Part shown: positions 12,768 to 25,092 of the stretch, piece after piece
Numbering within the stretch: the stretch's first letter is position 1
How the letters are laid out: every line of letters begins with the position of its first letter
Origin: Bugula neritina
Lineage: Eukaryota > Animalia > Bryozoa
NCBI GenBank assembly: GCA_964035545.1
Contig: OZ037767.1
Coordinates: 27,048,628-27,112,627, forward strand
Direction of reading: 5' to 3'
Length of the DNA: 64,000 bases
The notes under the pieces: model-generated
The model's database searches: none
What the model was told of the DNA's origin: nothing
The model's input: the letters and a program-made list of their open reading frames with translations, nothing else
Position numbers and translations under genes: made by a program

Positions 12768-14276
12768 TTTGTCGTTTCTTTATAAACTTCTTCGTTCAAA
12801 ACATTAGCTGCCTGTACTTTTGTGCCTAAGAAAAGTGCTCGGTTTTGATACGTATCTACTATTTACCTCTTGCCTGCATTGTTTTAATTTTACAATGTTT
12901 TATAGAATGGGTGTGAAACGTATATTCTGGTTTCAAGGTTTATCGTTATTGCTTATCTGTTATTTCTTATAATTTTTGGTGGTAACTGGCTTTAAATATC
13001 TACAAATAAATAATATATAAATATGGAAATGCGTTCTTACAATACTAATGACTTCAAGATACTGTTCCAGTTTCTGTTTTTCCCATTATAATTTCTAGTA
13101 TAGTTTTTATTATGAAGACGAAAATGTTTTCATGTTCCTAGTTCAAATTCTAGAAGTCACAATAATGGTTAATTTGTAATACCATTTTGAAATAGTTTCT
13201 CTAGATAGCCAAAATCCTCAAGTAGCTCTAAAAATTGAGGATTTCAGTCTCAACTTCAAGACCAAATCTAGTTGATTGCTGATTGAATGGTGGATTGTTT
13301 CTTTGGTAGAACTTTTGAACATCAATGCAACTTTCCTTTAAGACTTCTCGCAACAATAACACCATGGTTTGAGCAGGCAGTGTCTATTTTATCACAATTT
13401 CTTTAAACTAAAGTAATCTTTGGGAAGAGAAAGATGACATGATGAAATGTAAATATTTCTATAGCCATGGTACCAATTATTTTCATGTCATTCAAGTATA
13501 ATAAACAACTGAACATAAGGCTAAGAACAAGTTCCCAACAGTGAGAGACTTAACAGTTTCTTTTTTTCAGAAAATATTGCTAGGATTGACATTATTTAAA
13601 TTAAGTTCTAGTTTTAAAAAAAGATGTATACCATAATATGGTATTGTCATAAGTATTCTAAAGCCTAAACTAGCAAAAATTGAGGCTATCTCTCCATCTG
13701 CAGGAACAAGATTCATTTTATTACTATAGCTTATTGCTTTTGAATGGTATGACTAAAAAACACTGAACAAGGAAACCTGTGCCCTAATATAAATTCGATG
13801 CAGCACAATACGACTTCTTATGTCAAGCAGTGTCAGTATCATAAATAAAACTAGCTAGATTGTTTTAGGTTTCAAAGACCTAATTTACTGCTAACATAAT
13901 TAATTGCATATCAAATTATAGTTCATAACAATTTTCTCAAATTAAAATAAGGTCAAGTGTAAAACTCATTCACCCTGAGGCCTAAAATTATTATAATCTA
14001 AAAAAATTTACCAAAAGATAAATGGCTTCTCGAGATAAAAAAACTGTTTACATTATACCTGTTTACATGATAGAAATTGTCTGCTCTCTGTCAAGGTACT
14101 AATTAATCAATAAAAGCGTCTGTGAACTTGGCAAAGCCGTGGGATCTTTAACCCTTCGTGACAAAGCTGTTAGTACTTCCTTGTAAAGCACTTGAACAGA
14201 ATAATTGATCTCAAGTGGACAGATTTAACCTTAATCTAAACGACTACCACTTTACAAAGAGCTAGACAATTGGATC

Positions 14277-17200
14277 ATGGCTAAAACTCACTTATCATTT
14301 AAAAAAAAAGTTGGCAGAACTGTAAAAGGACTGGTTTGTGGTTTGAATGGTCTTGCAACCAAGGTACTTATAATCAATTTCTCTCACTAGTGATGTAAAC
14401 TTTCTATTAAGTTTCCTTATATTAGGTGAACTCAGCTGTATTTTTTATAGTTTTCTAAAAACTATTGAAAATAAATTAATATCATAGTCATATAATTGCT
14501 ACGAAAATATGTTGAGAAATTGCTTGGTTAAATACAAACCCTATGAGCATGTGATTAGTCAAAATTGAAATATAGACACCGCAGTGACAAGAGTTGAAAA
14601 GACTGAAACAGTTTTTTTGAAATTTTACCAAATGTAAAACCTTACAACCAGAGTTCAGCTTTTAAAGTGTACTAATACTAATCTACAAAACCTACATACT
14701 GATATTGATGGTATTGACTAGTTAGCATTGGCACAGTCAAACAGCAGTGGTCACTTTGTTTTAGTTTAAATTATCATATAATAAACTTCTGTATTCCTCT
14801 TCTTTTTCCAAATCAAACATGTTTAATAAAGATTTTACAATTTCAATTTTACTGCTTTACCATTATTTAAAGGTTTATGGTAGAGTTATAATTTTTTTAT
14901 TCTAATAGTTATTTTACACCATACTGTAGTACTATATATAACCACAAGCAGTAAATGACAATAAGTAGATAGGATAATATCTTGCTTCAAGTTGTTTAAG
15001 CCATCTTTGCCATTAGAAGTCAGAATTTTTCTGCCAATTGTTTCAGAGTAGAGCTTCTTCTGTGGTTACGCTGCTGTCTGACAGCTTAACAGACGTCATT
15101 AGATCATCTGATGACTTGTCCAAAACTCAGACAGGGTCTCAAAACTCTCTGAACACTTACACCAAACATAAAGCTTCTCGCAAAGCTAAAAATATTTCCA
15201 CCAACCCCCAAAAGAAGCCCAAGTCTTCAAAAAAATCATTTTTCAAGAAGAAGGCAAAATATAAAGTAGCAAAAAGTACATCTAATGCAAAGGATGCTGC
15301 AACTGAACGATTGACCAAAGTATGTTTTCTTTTTTCATTTGCATTCAGATATATGCTAGTTGTAGCACATAGTTGTGTACAACAGATATGTTATGTATAA
15401 CCATCTAATCTCTTTAGACTGAGGTAGGTGCAGTGATTAAGAAAAATCTGTGTTCTGGATTGAAAATATAGAAAAAGGTTGTGTCTAATGAGAGGTCAAC
15501 CTGCACCCCAAACCAAAATTTATTTAGTAGCTAAAGATCTTAAGCTGATAAAATTCTTCATCACCATGTATGCGTCTAAAAGCTATGTTGATTTCTAAAA
15601 TAGTGGTAGCCATCAAGATTTTTCTTGAAAACTAAAAGAGTAGCATATAAATACTATGAGTACGTTGTATTATAGCAAATTGTTACTATATTAGCTGTTA
15701 GACATTTGATGTTTATTCTTGGAAAAAAAACCAATAACTGTACTTTGCAGTCAGTTGATAGTGGCTACAGTGATGTGTATCAACCTGACTGTTCACCTGT
15801 ACCAGGAAACTCAGGTATATTTCAGTTTTACTTCACTTTCTCATCGCTTATAATTTCAGTACTTGAGCGTTCGCCGTGCTCTTCTGTGTTTTGATGAAGC
15901 ATGTTTAATGGTTGAGTGAACACGGAATACTGCAGTTAATTATCTAAATGTATAGTTCCTCTTGACCTCTTTAGTCCATGGGTAGTCATCAGTTAACTTG
16001 TTTTTTAAACAAATGATTTCTTATTCTGTAAATAATAGGTACGTACAAACTACAAATTAATATTTACCACTAATATTAGATGTGAAATGTGGCTATTAAA
16101 GCACAATTAATTAATGATGTAAGCTATTCAAATGCATGATATAATTGATTCATTAGTGCTTACTATGTATTTCTGTGGTTGTTGATGCATAACAATCTCT
16201 TAAGGAATTTATAAAAATGACTTTTGTGTAAGTCATTGCATACAGCAAAAACAGCTGGTTTATTTCCTGTGTGCTAGTAATTTACTTATCAATAACAGCT
16301 CGTACACTAGTCAGCCTATAGGTAGTGCTAAGTTAAATTTGCATTGATTATAGATGACTACCTATCACAATTGCTTTCATTGTTTTATGTACATTTCTGT
16401 TTGACATTGAAATATATGATTAGATAATAGCATATTATGTATACATGTTAGCTTATTCACACCTTTCTCTACTATACATGTCAAGAGGTTGGCACTACTT
16501 AAAATTCAAAGGGAATACAAAACAAACAAGAATATGAATATTATATACATACCGTACTAATAAGTATAGCAAATTTTTGCTGCTTAAAAAGTTAAATTAT
16601 AAATGTCAATTTTCTCCTTTTGTATTTATATAATTTTGTTTTGTTACATAAGCTAGTAAGTACAAAAATATATTATAATGCAAACTCCAACTAGACATGA
16701 AAGTTCTACTTACTAGAAAGCATATTATTGACATTAAAAAATCTATGTAGTTCTACTAGTTTATATTGTTTAGAACGCACATTTAGCACTGCAGATAATT
16801 TGATGTTAGTATATTCATGTGGTCGTAGTCGTGTGCTGAATATCTTATATTGGCTCAGATTTATACCAACAAGGCATTTCGTTTGTGGAACGGATCGGTG
16901 GGAAACGTTATCCTTGTGCTAGAAATTATAACGTGATGTGTTTCAAAATAACTCTTTATATCTCTTTTAGAGCACGAGCATGGTTCAGAAGCTGATTGTG
17001 AGCAAGATTCACTTCAGGTATGAAGTACTCAGTAGTACTCAACACTCAGTAGTACTCAGTACTCACAGCTTAACTACCTACTCACTATTATATATTGTAT
17101 ATATATACTATACTCTTTTCTATACTATATGCTATACTATATACTATAATATATACTGTATACTATACAATACTATGCTATATACTGTACTATATACTAA

Positions 17201-20200
17201 GAACTACATAGCTATAATAACTAGATAAGAATTATTGCAAGAAGCATAATAACGTTATAGTAAAATAATAAAACCACAGAACTTTTGGTCATGAAATTAA
17301 CCAACTGTCAGGACTCAGTCAGACCTGGGCTTTATTTAATATCTTCAGCCCTAGTAGACATTACTAGTGGACTAGTAGACATTGTAAGTAAAATAACGCT
17401 ATATAGCTAACTGCATGCTCACAACTACAACGTAATGCTCAATCCTACAAGGAAGTTTCCATTGGCATGTTCAGCTTAGTGAATTAATTGGGTGTAACTT
17501 TTTCAATGTTATTGTATTCTTATGAAAAGATTTACTGTGAAAGGTAGGCCATCAAAGTGACAAAACCAACCAGCCATTAACATTGATTAACTTTTTATTG
17601 ATTGTTAATAAAAGCTGCTATGACTTTCAACTTTACTGGGAAGTTTGAATGAGCAATCAAAATTCTGACAACCGGTAGTTAGCCCATAATTTATTCAAAA
17701 AAGTTTATAAACAACTATGCCTATACAGTATACAGTGTATCTTGCAGTATATGTTATGGGAATATAACTCAGGGGCAGTGGATATTTAGTTAGTATTCAG
17801 CTCTCTAAAACACCACACATGTAGGGCATGTACCTATATTGTCTTGTATTTTAGTATTTGTGCACATGGTATTGTATTGGTACACATAAAAGTGTATTGG
17901 TACACATAAAAGTGTATTGGTACAAATGGTAGTGTACTGGTACAAGTGATAGACTTGTACACACAGTGTTGTATTGGTACACATGGCATTGTGCTGGTAC
18001 ACATGATGTTATACTGGTACACATGGTATTGTGTTGGTACATCAAAGCTCGTAGTACCTGTACATTGTGTCATTGTACAGTAAGATTCCTTGCATAGCTT
18101 TATATTGTTATGTGAAGGTGCTAAGCTCTGAAAATATCTCACTTTAATATATTGTCATCTACTTTTATGTAGCCCAGATTAGATAATATAGCAAAATGAA
18201 ACTCTTCATTAGTACAGAACAATGTATATCAATTACTAAATTTAATGGTGGCTCAACACCTGTGGTAGTTCTTAAGTAATTCACTGTAATTATCACAGGT
18301 GTCCGGAAATAGCCATCATGATGATACTAAACCAACACCAAGACAACGCTGTGAAAGTAAGTTTTAAGTTTTTTTTCTTTGTTAGATTCTAGGAATTTAC
18401 TTTAAAGCATGTGTAGGTTAAACATTTTTATTTGGTGATCTTCAATAAGAGTAGAGCATAAGGGTTGTTAATGTACTAATAGCTACGTTTTATGCTGAGC
18501 GCACCATTTTATAAAACAGTGAGCTTTTATAGAGATGACAGCTAGAATTACTCTTTAAATATAAACATGTATAACATTTGCTCTGTGTAGGTACTGTTGT
18601 TCACAACACCAGTGCGAGTGCTTTCACTCAGGAAACTGCCATTCTGTCCACTTCTGGTGTAAGTAACTTGCTTTAAATCCTCACAAGAACATAAGAAAAT
18701 GTAGAAGTGCCATATTTAGTTGCTACAAAATATTGCATACATGTTTTTATTGTCTCAGACTGAAAAACTCTGCTCTAAAAGGTCATATGAGATTATTCAA
18801 ACACGGGTAGAAATTACTGATTCATCGCAACAGCAGCCTCTGCTCCAACAGTCAACAAAACTGCAGCAAAAACAGCAAAGCCAGGATTCACAACTCGGAG
18901 ATTTCTCGGGAACCCAGGAGCTGCAGGTAGGGAGGTCCTACATTATGCATAATATGCTATTGTAATTATAATCTGATATGCATGCAATTAAATCTTAGTG
19001 TTTTAATGCTAAAATTTGCTTTAGATAATAAAAGATAGACCTAAAATATGGGTAAACAAAAAAGAAAGAAAGATTTTTGAAGAGATTTTTGAAGACTCTA
19101 ATTTGCCATTAAACACAACTCGAACAGTGAGTATATTGATTTGCTCATCTCTCTTTTTTATTATTTAAAAAAATCTAACGTTGGTTCTTAAATTTTCTTT
19201 TATTCAATAGAAAATAAAATTAGCATTTAAACAAACATTAATAGCAGACAAAATTTCCTGTCCATTAGTGTAGCTTTGAGCATTTTTGTGTGGCATTAAA
19301 GATTTATTGGAGAGATTATTCACTAATTAATACAATTATAATTTGGCAGATCTATAAGTCCGGGAATTTAACTTGGTACAGCTCATGTGGACTATCTTTT
19401 GCTGACACCACGCCGCCTGTCATAAATTCTATGATATTCAAAGATTTTTCATCTAATGTTGCTCCAGCTACGCCAAAAGTTTTCTGTCCCAGTGATGTTC
19501 CATATAGTTCTGCTAATGGATTACCCCATTCTGCTAGAGAAACTTCTAGATTTACTAACAACTCGCCCTGCACCCCTGAAGTAACACCTAGTCATCCTGA
19601 AGTTACACCTAGCCCTACCGAAGTTACACCTAGCCCTACCGAAGTTACACCTAGCCCTATTAAAGTGACACCTAGCCCCCCTGAAGTAACAGCTAGCTCT
19701 ACTGAAGTAACAGCTAGGCCTACTGAAGCAACAACTGACCCTCTTAAAGCACATGCTAGAAAGGACAGTGATGGCAGTTTTCTTCCATGTGCAGAGGATT
19801 CTCCAGCTTTTCTTGGTGCAGCTTATTCATATAATTCCTTTGCAGGTAACATTTTAACTGCTTCTTTAAGTGAGTTGCTAATGCAAACAGCTTGTTGATA
19901 ATTTTTAATGTGTAAGCAGTTTGCCATATATTTTCAAATATTACTTGGAAACCTTAAACAATAATTTATACTGGGCATGTAATTTTAATACTGTTATTAT
20001 AAACGGTAAAATCGCAGAGCATGTCATGTTAACTATCATCTGTCCATCAGCCATATGTATAGTTTTACGATTGAATAATCTGAAATATTCTCAAAGTTGT
20101 GGTTAAGCTTAGCAAATACTGAGTAATATTAAAGCTTTCGTTTGGTTGCACTGTATTTTTTACTCTCAGGCTGCTATAACCTTTGCCTGTGCCATTTTTT

Positions 20201-22752
20201 CAGTTAATATCGTAAGTGAGATATGAGTTATCCATCTCAGTGAATGTGTATATTACAGATAATTCTAGCATGATGATACAGCAGCCTAATGATTTGTGCC
20301 GACAGCGCCCCAAATTTTATACCAATATTTTTGATTACTCTGCAAAAGAGTTGTAAGTGCTAAAGATAACTTTGTTCAAATTTTAAAAAATATGATGTGC
20401 CACAATATTTTGAGTTATGAATTGTAAATCATGACATGAGTCATAGATCCCAACTCAGTAAGCATTAATAATTTTTTCAAAATGAACTCATAACTTTAGT
20501 AAATAACTTGGATAATATTTTGTTAATAGAAATGCTGAAGACGAGCATGAAAATAGTGATGTGGAAGATGCAGTTGGTGAAGATGATATAGCTGGTGACA
20601 AATATGTTATGAGATATATTTTGTTATGGTTTGGTGGATTGTGTTAAATTTGCTATATAGCTTTTTACCAATTACAGGTGCTTGTATATATATATATATA
20701 CACACACACGCACGCACGCACACACATTATATGTATATATAATAGTGAATTATAATCATGTCATCCACTTTTTGCTCAAATTCAATTAACTAATTCCTGT
20801 AATTTCTCACTCATTATAAGGTTGCAAGACAGATATGCTGGATGAGAATGTTGAGGTCAAAGAGCACAAGGAGACAGATTTAAATGACAGCACAGAGTCA
20901 GAGCAGCAAACCACAGGCTACAGGGTTGATGAGGTTTTACCAAATCTTGAAACAAACAAATCTTCAAACTCAAGTTCAAAGCCTCCTGAATATGATGAGC
21001 TTATAAAAGCTATAGCCTCGTAAGTAATAATATATTGAGTATTAGCCAGTACATTAAATGAAAAATCTTACTCCGATCTATACAGCCTAAAAATGGTGAT
21101 AAACATTTGGTGAGTGAGTTGCGGTATTTGTAGCTTTCAGATCGCAATGTGTTTGCACTGTAATGTATATTCAATATATAATTGAAAATTTGTACAAAAT
21201 TTCTTGTTAGAATTGCAAGCAGAATCAGTCAGCCAGCTACCTATGTGCCAGCTGTCGGAAACTACCACAGAATCTTGGTACGGATTGGTGGATCACAGTC
21301 TGGGAGAAAAATCATCAAAAACTTAGAAAAACGGTATCCAGGATATACGCTTATAGTCCGAGAATCTGAGGATTCAAAGTCTGGCGATCCTCCTGCTCTG
21401 CATACCAAATACTTGAACAAACCACCCTTTTATCTAATTGATGAACTTCATCAAAATGCTGAGGCTACAGTAGGTCTGTTTGTCAAATCCAGTCATCCAC
21501 GCTATAAGAATGTAGCATTTGCTGTCACAGCTGCTCATGCTATCCTAACCGAATCGGAGCAAAAAGCTATGGATAAGGCAAGAGATAAAGAGAACGTAAG
21601 AGACACATTTGAAAAAGCCGCTGGTCGTATCTGTGTTAAAGAGCACTTTACTGTCAGTGCACATAATCAACCACGACTAAACGTACGAGACACACCTCTT
21701 GCTTTCTATAGCCGCCATTATGTTACTGAAGATGAGAATAGGCTGATGTATTATGAGATGATGGCGGGAGACACTGCTCTCTTAGCCCTTGATTCTGAAA
21801 AATTGAATCTTCAGGATGATGGGCCATGTCCTTCTACAGACGAGCTTCAAACACACAGTGAACAAGCCTCATTAACATCAATGTCTTCTACCCCCAAGTG
21901 CTTCTTCATAGACGGCTATTTAAATGTAAGTAGTCAGAATGACATAAATCTTCTCGTTGATGGAGAGGTTGCTGTGTTTGTTCTTGGAACCAAAGGTAAA
22001 GTTGTGATGAATCCACAATCAACGGAGCTGCCAAAAGAAGATACAACTCTTGCAAGAAAATCCACTCGTGTGCAACCAGCTAGAAACAGTGTTACTTGGA
22101 AGTTGTCTACCCACATCACAATAACTACTAACGAAAAGTAAGTTGCCTAAGGCTAAAGGCGAAAGCATATAATTGTATAAACAAGTAGCATAGACAGCAA
22201 AGTTAGAAACTAATTGCTTAACCACTTTATCTGTTTGTCGACTTATTTACTTGCTTCAATAAAAAATATTCATCAGCAATTTACTTATACACATAAATTG
22301 TATTGTATGCATTTACTTTAAATGTGTCTTATTTACACACTAATTTATCACTTGGCAATCATTTTGATTTTACAAAAACTTAGTAAAAGACTATAATTAT
22401 GTCAATTTTTTAAATCAGGTTAAAGAGGAGTGACAGTGGAGCCCCTGTATTAGTTTTCAACACTGCTACCAAAATGATGATTGTCATTGGGCTGTTAATG
22501 GGTGAATTTATCGGAGACAAAGAGTTAAACGGAAACATCTCCATTTATCAGGTGGCTCCATTTAGCTGTGCACTCAGGCAGATGGAGTATAACTTCCCAA
22601 ACCATCTGACTGAGCTGAGACTGATAGCTGGTAGAAGTGATATTGGACTGCCTGTGAGTCAAGCTTTACCACAGCTATACAGGGATGACTTTTCTAAGAA
22701 AGAGTGTGGAACGCTTGATACAGGCTACAATACTTTATCTTCAGGCTTATAA
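14277..22752 (+). CDS. Uncharacterised ~1006-aa protein: disordered N-terminus plus C-terminal trypsin-fold (PA clan) peptidase-like domain
   Basis: Phase-consistent exons: 14277-14363, 15047-15319, 15751-15814, 16859-16897, 16971-17017, 18299-18356, 18591-18658, 18759-18926, 19025-19126, 19350-19845, 20259-20352, 20530-20594 (or -20576), 20821-21019, 21211-22137, 22419-22752. Motifs ATVGLFV...FAVTAAH (His 21536-21538), GDTALLAL (Asp 21770-21772), KRSDSGAPV...VIGLLMG (Ser 22435-22437). Small middle exons are the least certain. Confidence 0.75.
17085..17200. repeat. TATAC-like low-complexity repeat
   Basis: Iterated tatac/tactat pentamers in an intron. Confidence 0.7.
17855..18080. repeat. 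Intronic ~20-21-bp minisatellite
   Basis: Units like gtattgtattggtacacatg repeated about 9 times; source of the spurious ORFs at 17805-18142. Confidence 0.85.
19571..19738 (+). repeat. Coding 21-bp tandem repeat (7-aa PTEVTPS)
   Basis: gaagttacacctagccctacc about 8 times, in frame: TPEVTPSHPEVTPSPTEVTPSPTEVTPSPIKVTPSPPEVTAS. Confidence 0.9.
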
Positions 22753-23202
22753 AGAAGTAAAAGTGACTTTTAAAACTTGACTTGACATTTGCATTTGATT
22801 TTGATTCTTGGTGTGACAGTGATTATATCATGGCTCCAGTTTAATGTGATGGACTAGCCTAGTTATTTGATAATATCCCTTGTTTTTATGTGAAAACTGA
22901 AAAATTAAGGTTCTTATAAGTGCCATATTTGGATGCAAATACATAAAAGTCAAAAATCTAGTAATTAAGTGCTTAAGACTATTCATACTTGTTATTAGTT
23001 ATAACTTATAAACTTTATTTCTGCCTCATTATTGAACTTTTGATTTAAAAAAAATTGTTATATAATATTATGAAGCATTTTATCGCTTTAGTATGCAAAA
23101 CAAGCACAACTTATTACAGTAAATACATTAAAATTGCATTCGAATGCAAAAATGGAAGATTTCGTGATGGTATGTGTGCATTGCAAAAGTCTCAAGCTAC
23201 CC

Positions 23203-23370
23203 TACTCATTCAGGAGCTGAATCCCTATTCACTCAAAAGCTGTATCCACTCCTCATTTAGGAGCTACACCCCCTAATCATTCAAGAGCTGTATCCACTCC
23301 TCATCTAGGAGTTGCACCCCCTATATACTCATTCAGCATCTGTATCCACTCCTCATTTAAGAAATTCACC
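23203..23370. repeat. Minisatellite with ~23-bp subunits forming ~47-bp dimers
   Basis: tcattcaagagctgtatccactcctcatttaggagctacacccccta about 3 times. Confidence 0.8.
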
Positions 23371-24120
23371 TTCACCTCCTCCCCCCCCCCCCCATAGGAA
23401 GGACATATCACTCCTGTTGTACAGGAGATGACAACTATGGCTCTATAGCTAACAGCTCTACAACTTCTGCAATTACATAATTTATCTAATACTTTCAGCT
23501 GCTACCAATATATAATAGTATAATTTATACTATCAGTATAACACTAAAATTAAATGCTATGGTTTTTTCATTTTGCAAACTGCGTAAGATTTCCTTTCCC
23601 ATATCCTTGAAAAAATTTATTATTGTATGAGAATGGTAGAAGTTTGCACAAAAAACAACAGCCCTGCAAATAATCAACCAAGAAGCTTTGGATCATACAA
23701 CTTTTTCTCAAAAAAGCTACTTGCTAAAACCAACATGTTTACCTCATTTTTTAAATTGTCAATACCGAAAACATCACTGTACAAGAGTATACAACTCTAT
23801 TAATTTCAGTTATTAAACTGTAACAGATTATTGTACAAGAAAGAGTGCACAACTCTACTAATTTTATTTATCGTATTTGATCACACAACATATTTTTACT
23901 AAATTAAGTATTGTTGCATATGTAACGACTAAATCACAACAAAGCATAAAATGCACTTTATCAGATTCAAGTCTTATGAAATACTACGAACAATATTGAT
24001 ACGTTCTAAAACAAAAAAATCATATAGTACTTTCTGCATACCAAAACAATAGTTCGAATAAAAACATATTTTTAAAAGCTTTTCTATAGGCACAAAACAT
24101 GATAACTAATGAAGTATAAT

Positions 24121-25092
24121 TTACCCTTGTACTGGGTTCACCCTTGCAGGGCTCAACTTACACAAAAATGTCTTCATTCTTGAACGGTATGAACGATTCA
24201 TATATATAAACAGCAACACATTGAGCACGCCAAAAAGAAGTTGTGGGACAACACACATTTCTCTGAATAACACAAGATTTATCCCGCCATTAGAACTGGA
24301 TATGTTTGTTGACATTCCGATGGTAAGAGCCAGCATTGGTAAAAATGTTGTATAGTACAAAGCAACAGTAAACAACATATGTTTCGCGGCATTTTCTACG
24401 TCACCTCCACCAGAATTCCCAGGTCCAGCTCTTTTAGACATAGCCCTTAATTCCATAGCTAGTTTAACGGCAAATATAAAAGTCCCAATTGCAGAAACCA
24501 AGACAAGAACAACGACTAGAAGAATACTGAAGCTGATTGAGCCTCCTCTTGCAATAAATATCGTATTAAATATAGAATGCTGCACTACCATGAGCAAAAC
24601 CATACAGCCCCAAATGCTAAATGAACACTTGTTAATGTTGTTGACAAATCTGTTGTCTGAATACTGGAAAGGTTTGCAAATTCCTAAATATTTGTCGTAT
24701 ACAGCCAGTGTCATGATCCAAAACCTTGAGATAAGTATGCCGTCTCTCAGCGTGGAAAAAATAGTATCTAAAGTGATTTGTAAACTGAGAGACTCTATAT
24801 TCAAGAGACTTCGTCTTATAGAGCAACTGAAGACAACAGCACTGTATATCATGTTGTTAGCCATACTTGCAGCAGTGATTTGTACGAGTATACAGAAGTA
24901 GTTGTAGTGATTTGCCTTTAGCTGTGGTGCAGTGGCAAGCATGGCAATATGAAAGACACTGATAGAAATAGCAATAAAGTTTATACGTAAAGCAGATATC
25001 ACATAATCGGGGTTGTCTTCGCATAAGCCATCAGTCGTTTCATTAGTGAAGTTGTCCCCTTCTGTTGTGAAACTCCAAGTCAAGTTGTCCAT
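24121..25092 (-). CDS. Rhodopsin-class 7TM GPCR, copy 1 (323 aa, intronless CDS, orphan/chemoreceptor-like)
   Basis: Seven hydrophobic segments, N-terminal N-glycosylation sites (NLT, NFT, NET), TM3 LAVYDKYLGICKPFQY (DRY-like), TM7 LNVLLFIYMNRSYR with helix 8. Confidence 0.9.
   Translation of the reverse strand: MDNLTWSFTTEGDNFTNETTDGLCEDNPDYVISALRINFIAISISVFHIAMLATAPQLKANHYNYFCILVQITAASMANNMIYSAVVFSCSIRRSLLNIESLSLQITLDTIFSTLRDGILISRFWIMTLAVYDKYLGICKPFQYSDNRFVNNINKCSFSIWGCMVLLMVVQHSIFNTIFIARGGSISFSILLVVVLVLVSAIGTFIFAVKLAMELRAMSKRAGPGNSGGGDVENAAKHMLFTVALYYTTFLPMLALTIGMSTNISSSNGGINLVLFREMCVVPQLLFGVLNVLLFIYMNRSYRSRMKTFLCKLSPARVNPVQG

Noticed and set aside
17805-18142. Cys/Tyr-rich overlapping ORFs; CRISPR-like appearance
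   Set aside because: Intronic minisatellite without unique spacers; eukaryotic context with no cas genes.
20171-20212. Possible extra AG/GT-bounded exon in the protease gene
   Set aside because: In the required phase it contains a stop, and the flanking exons join in frame without it.
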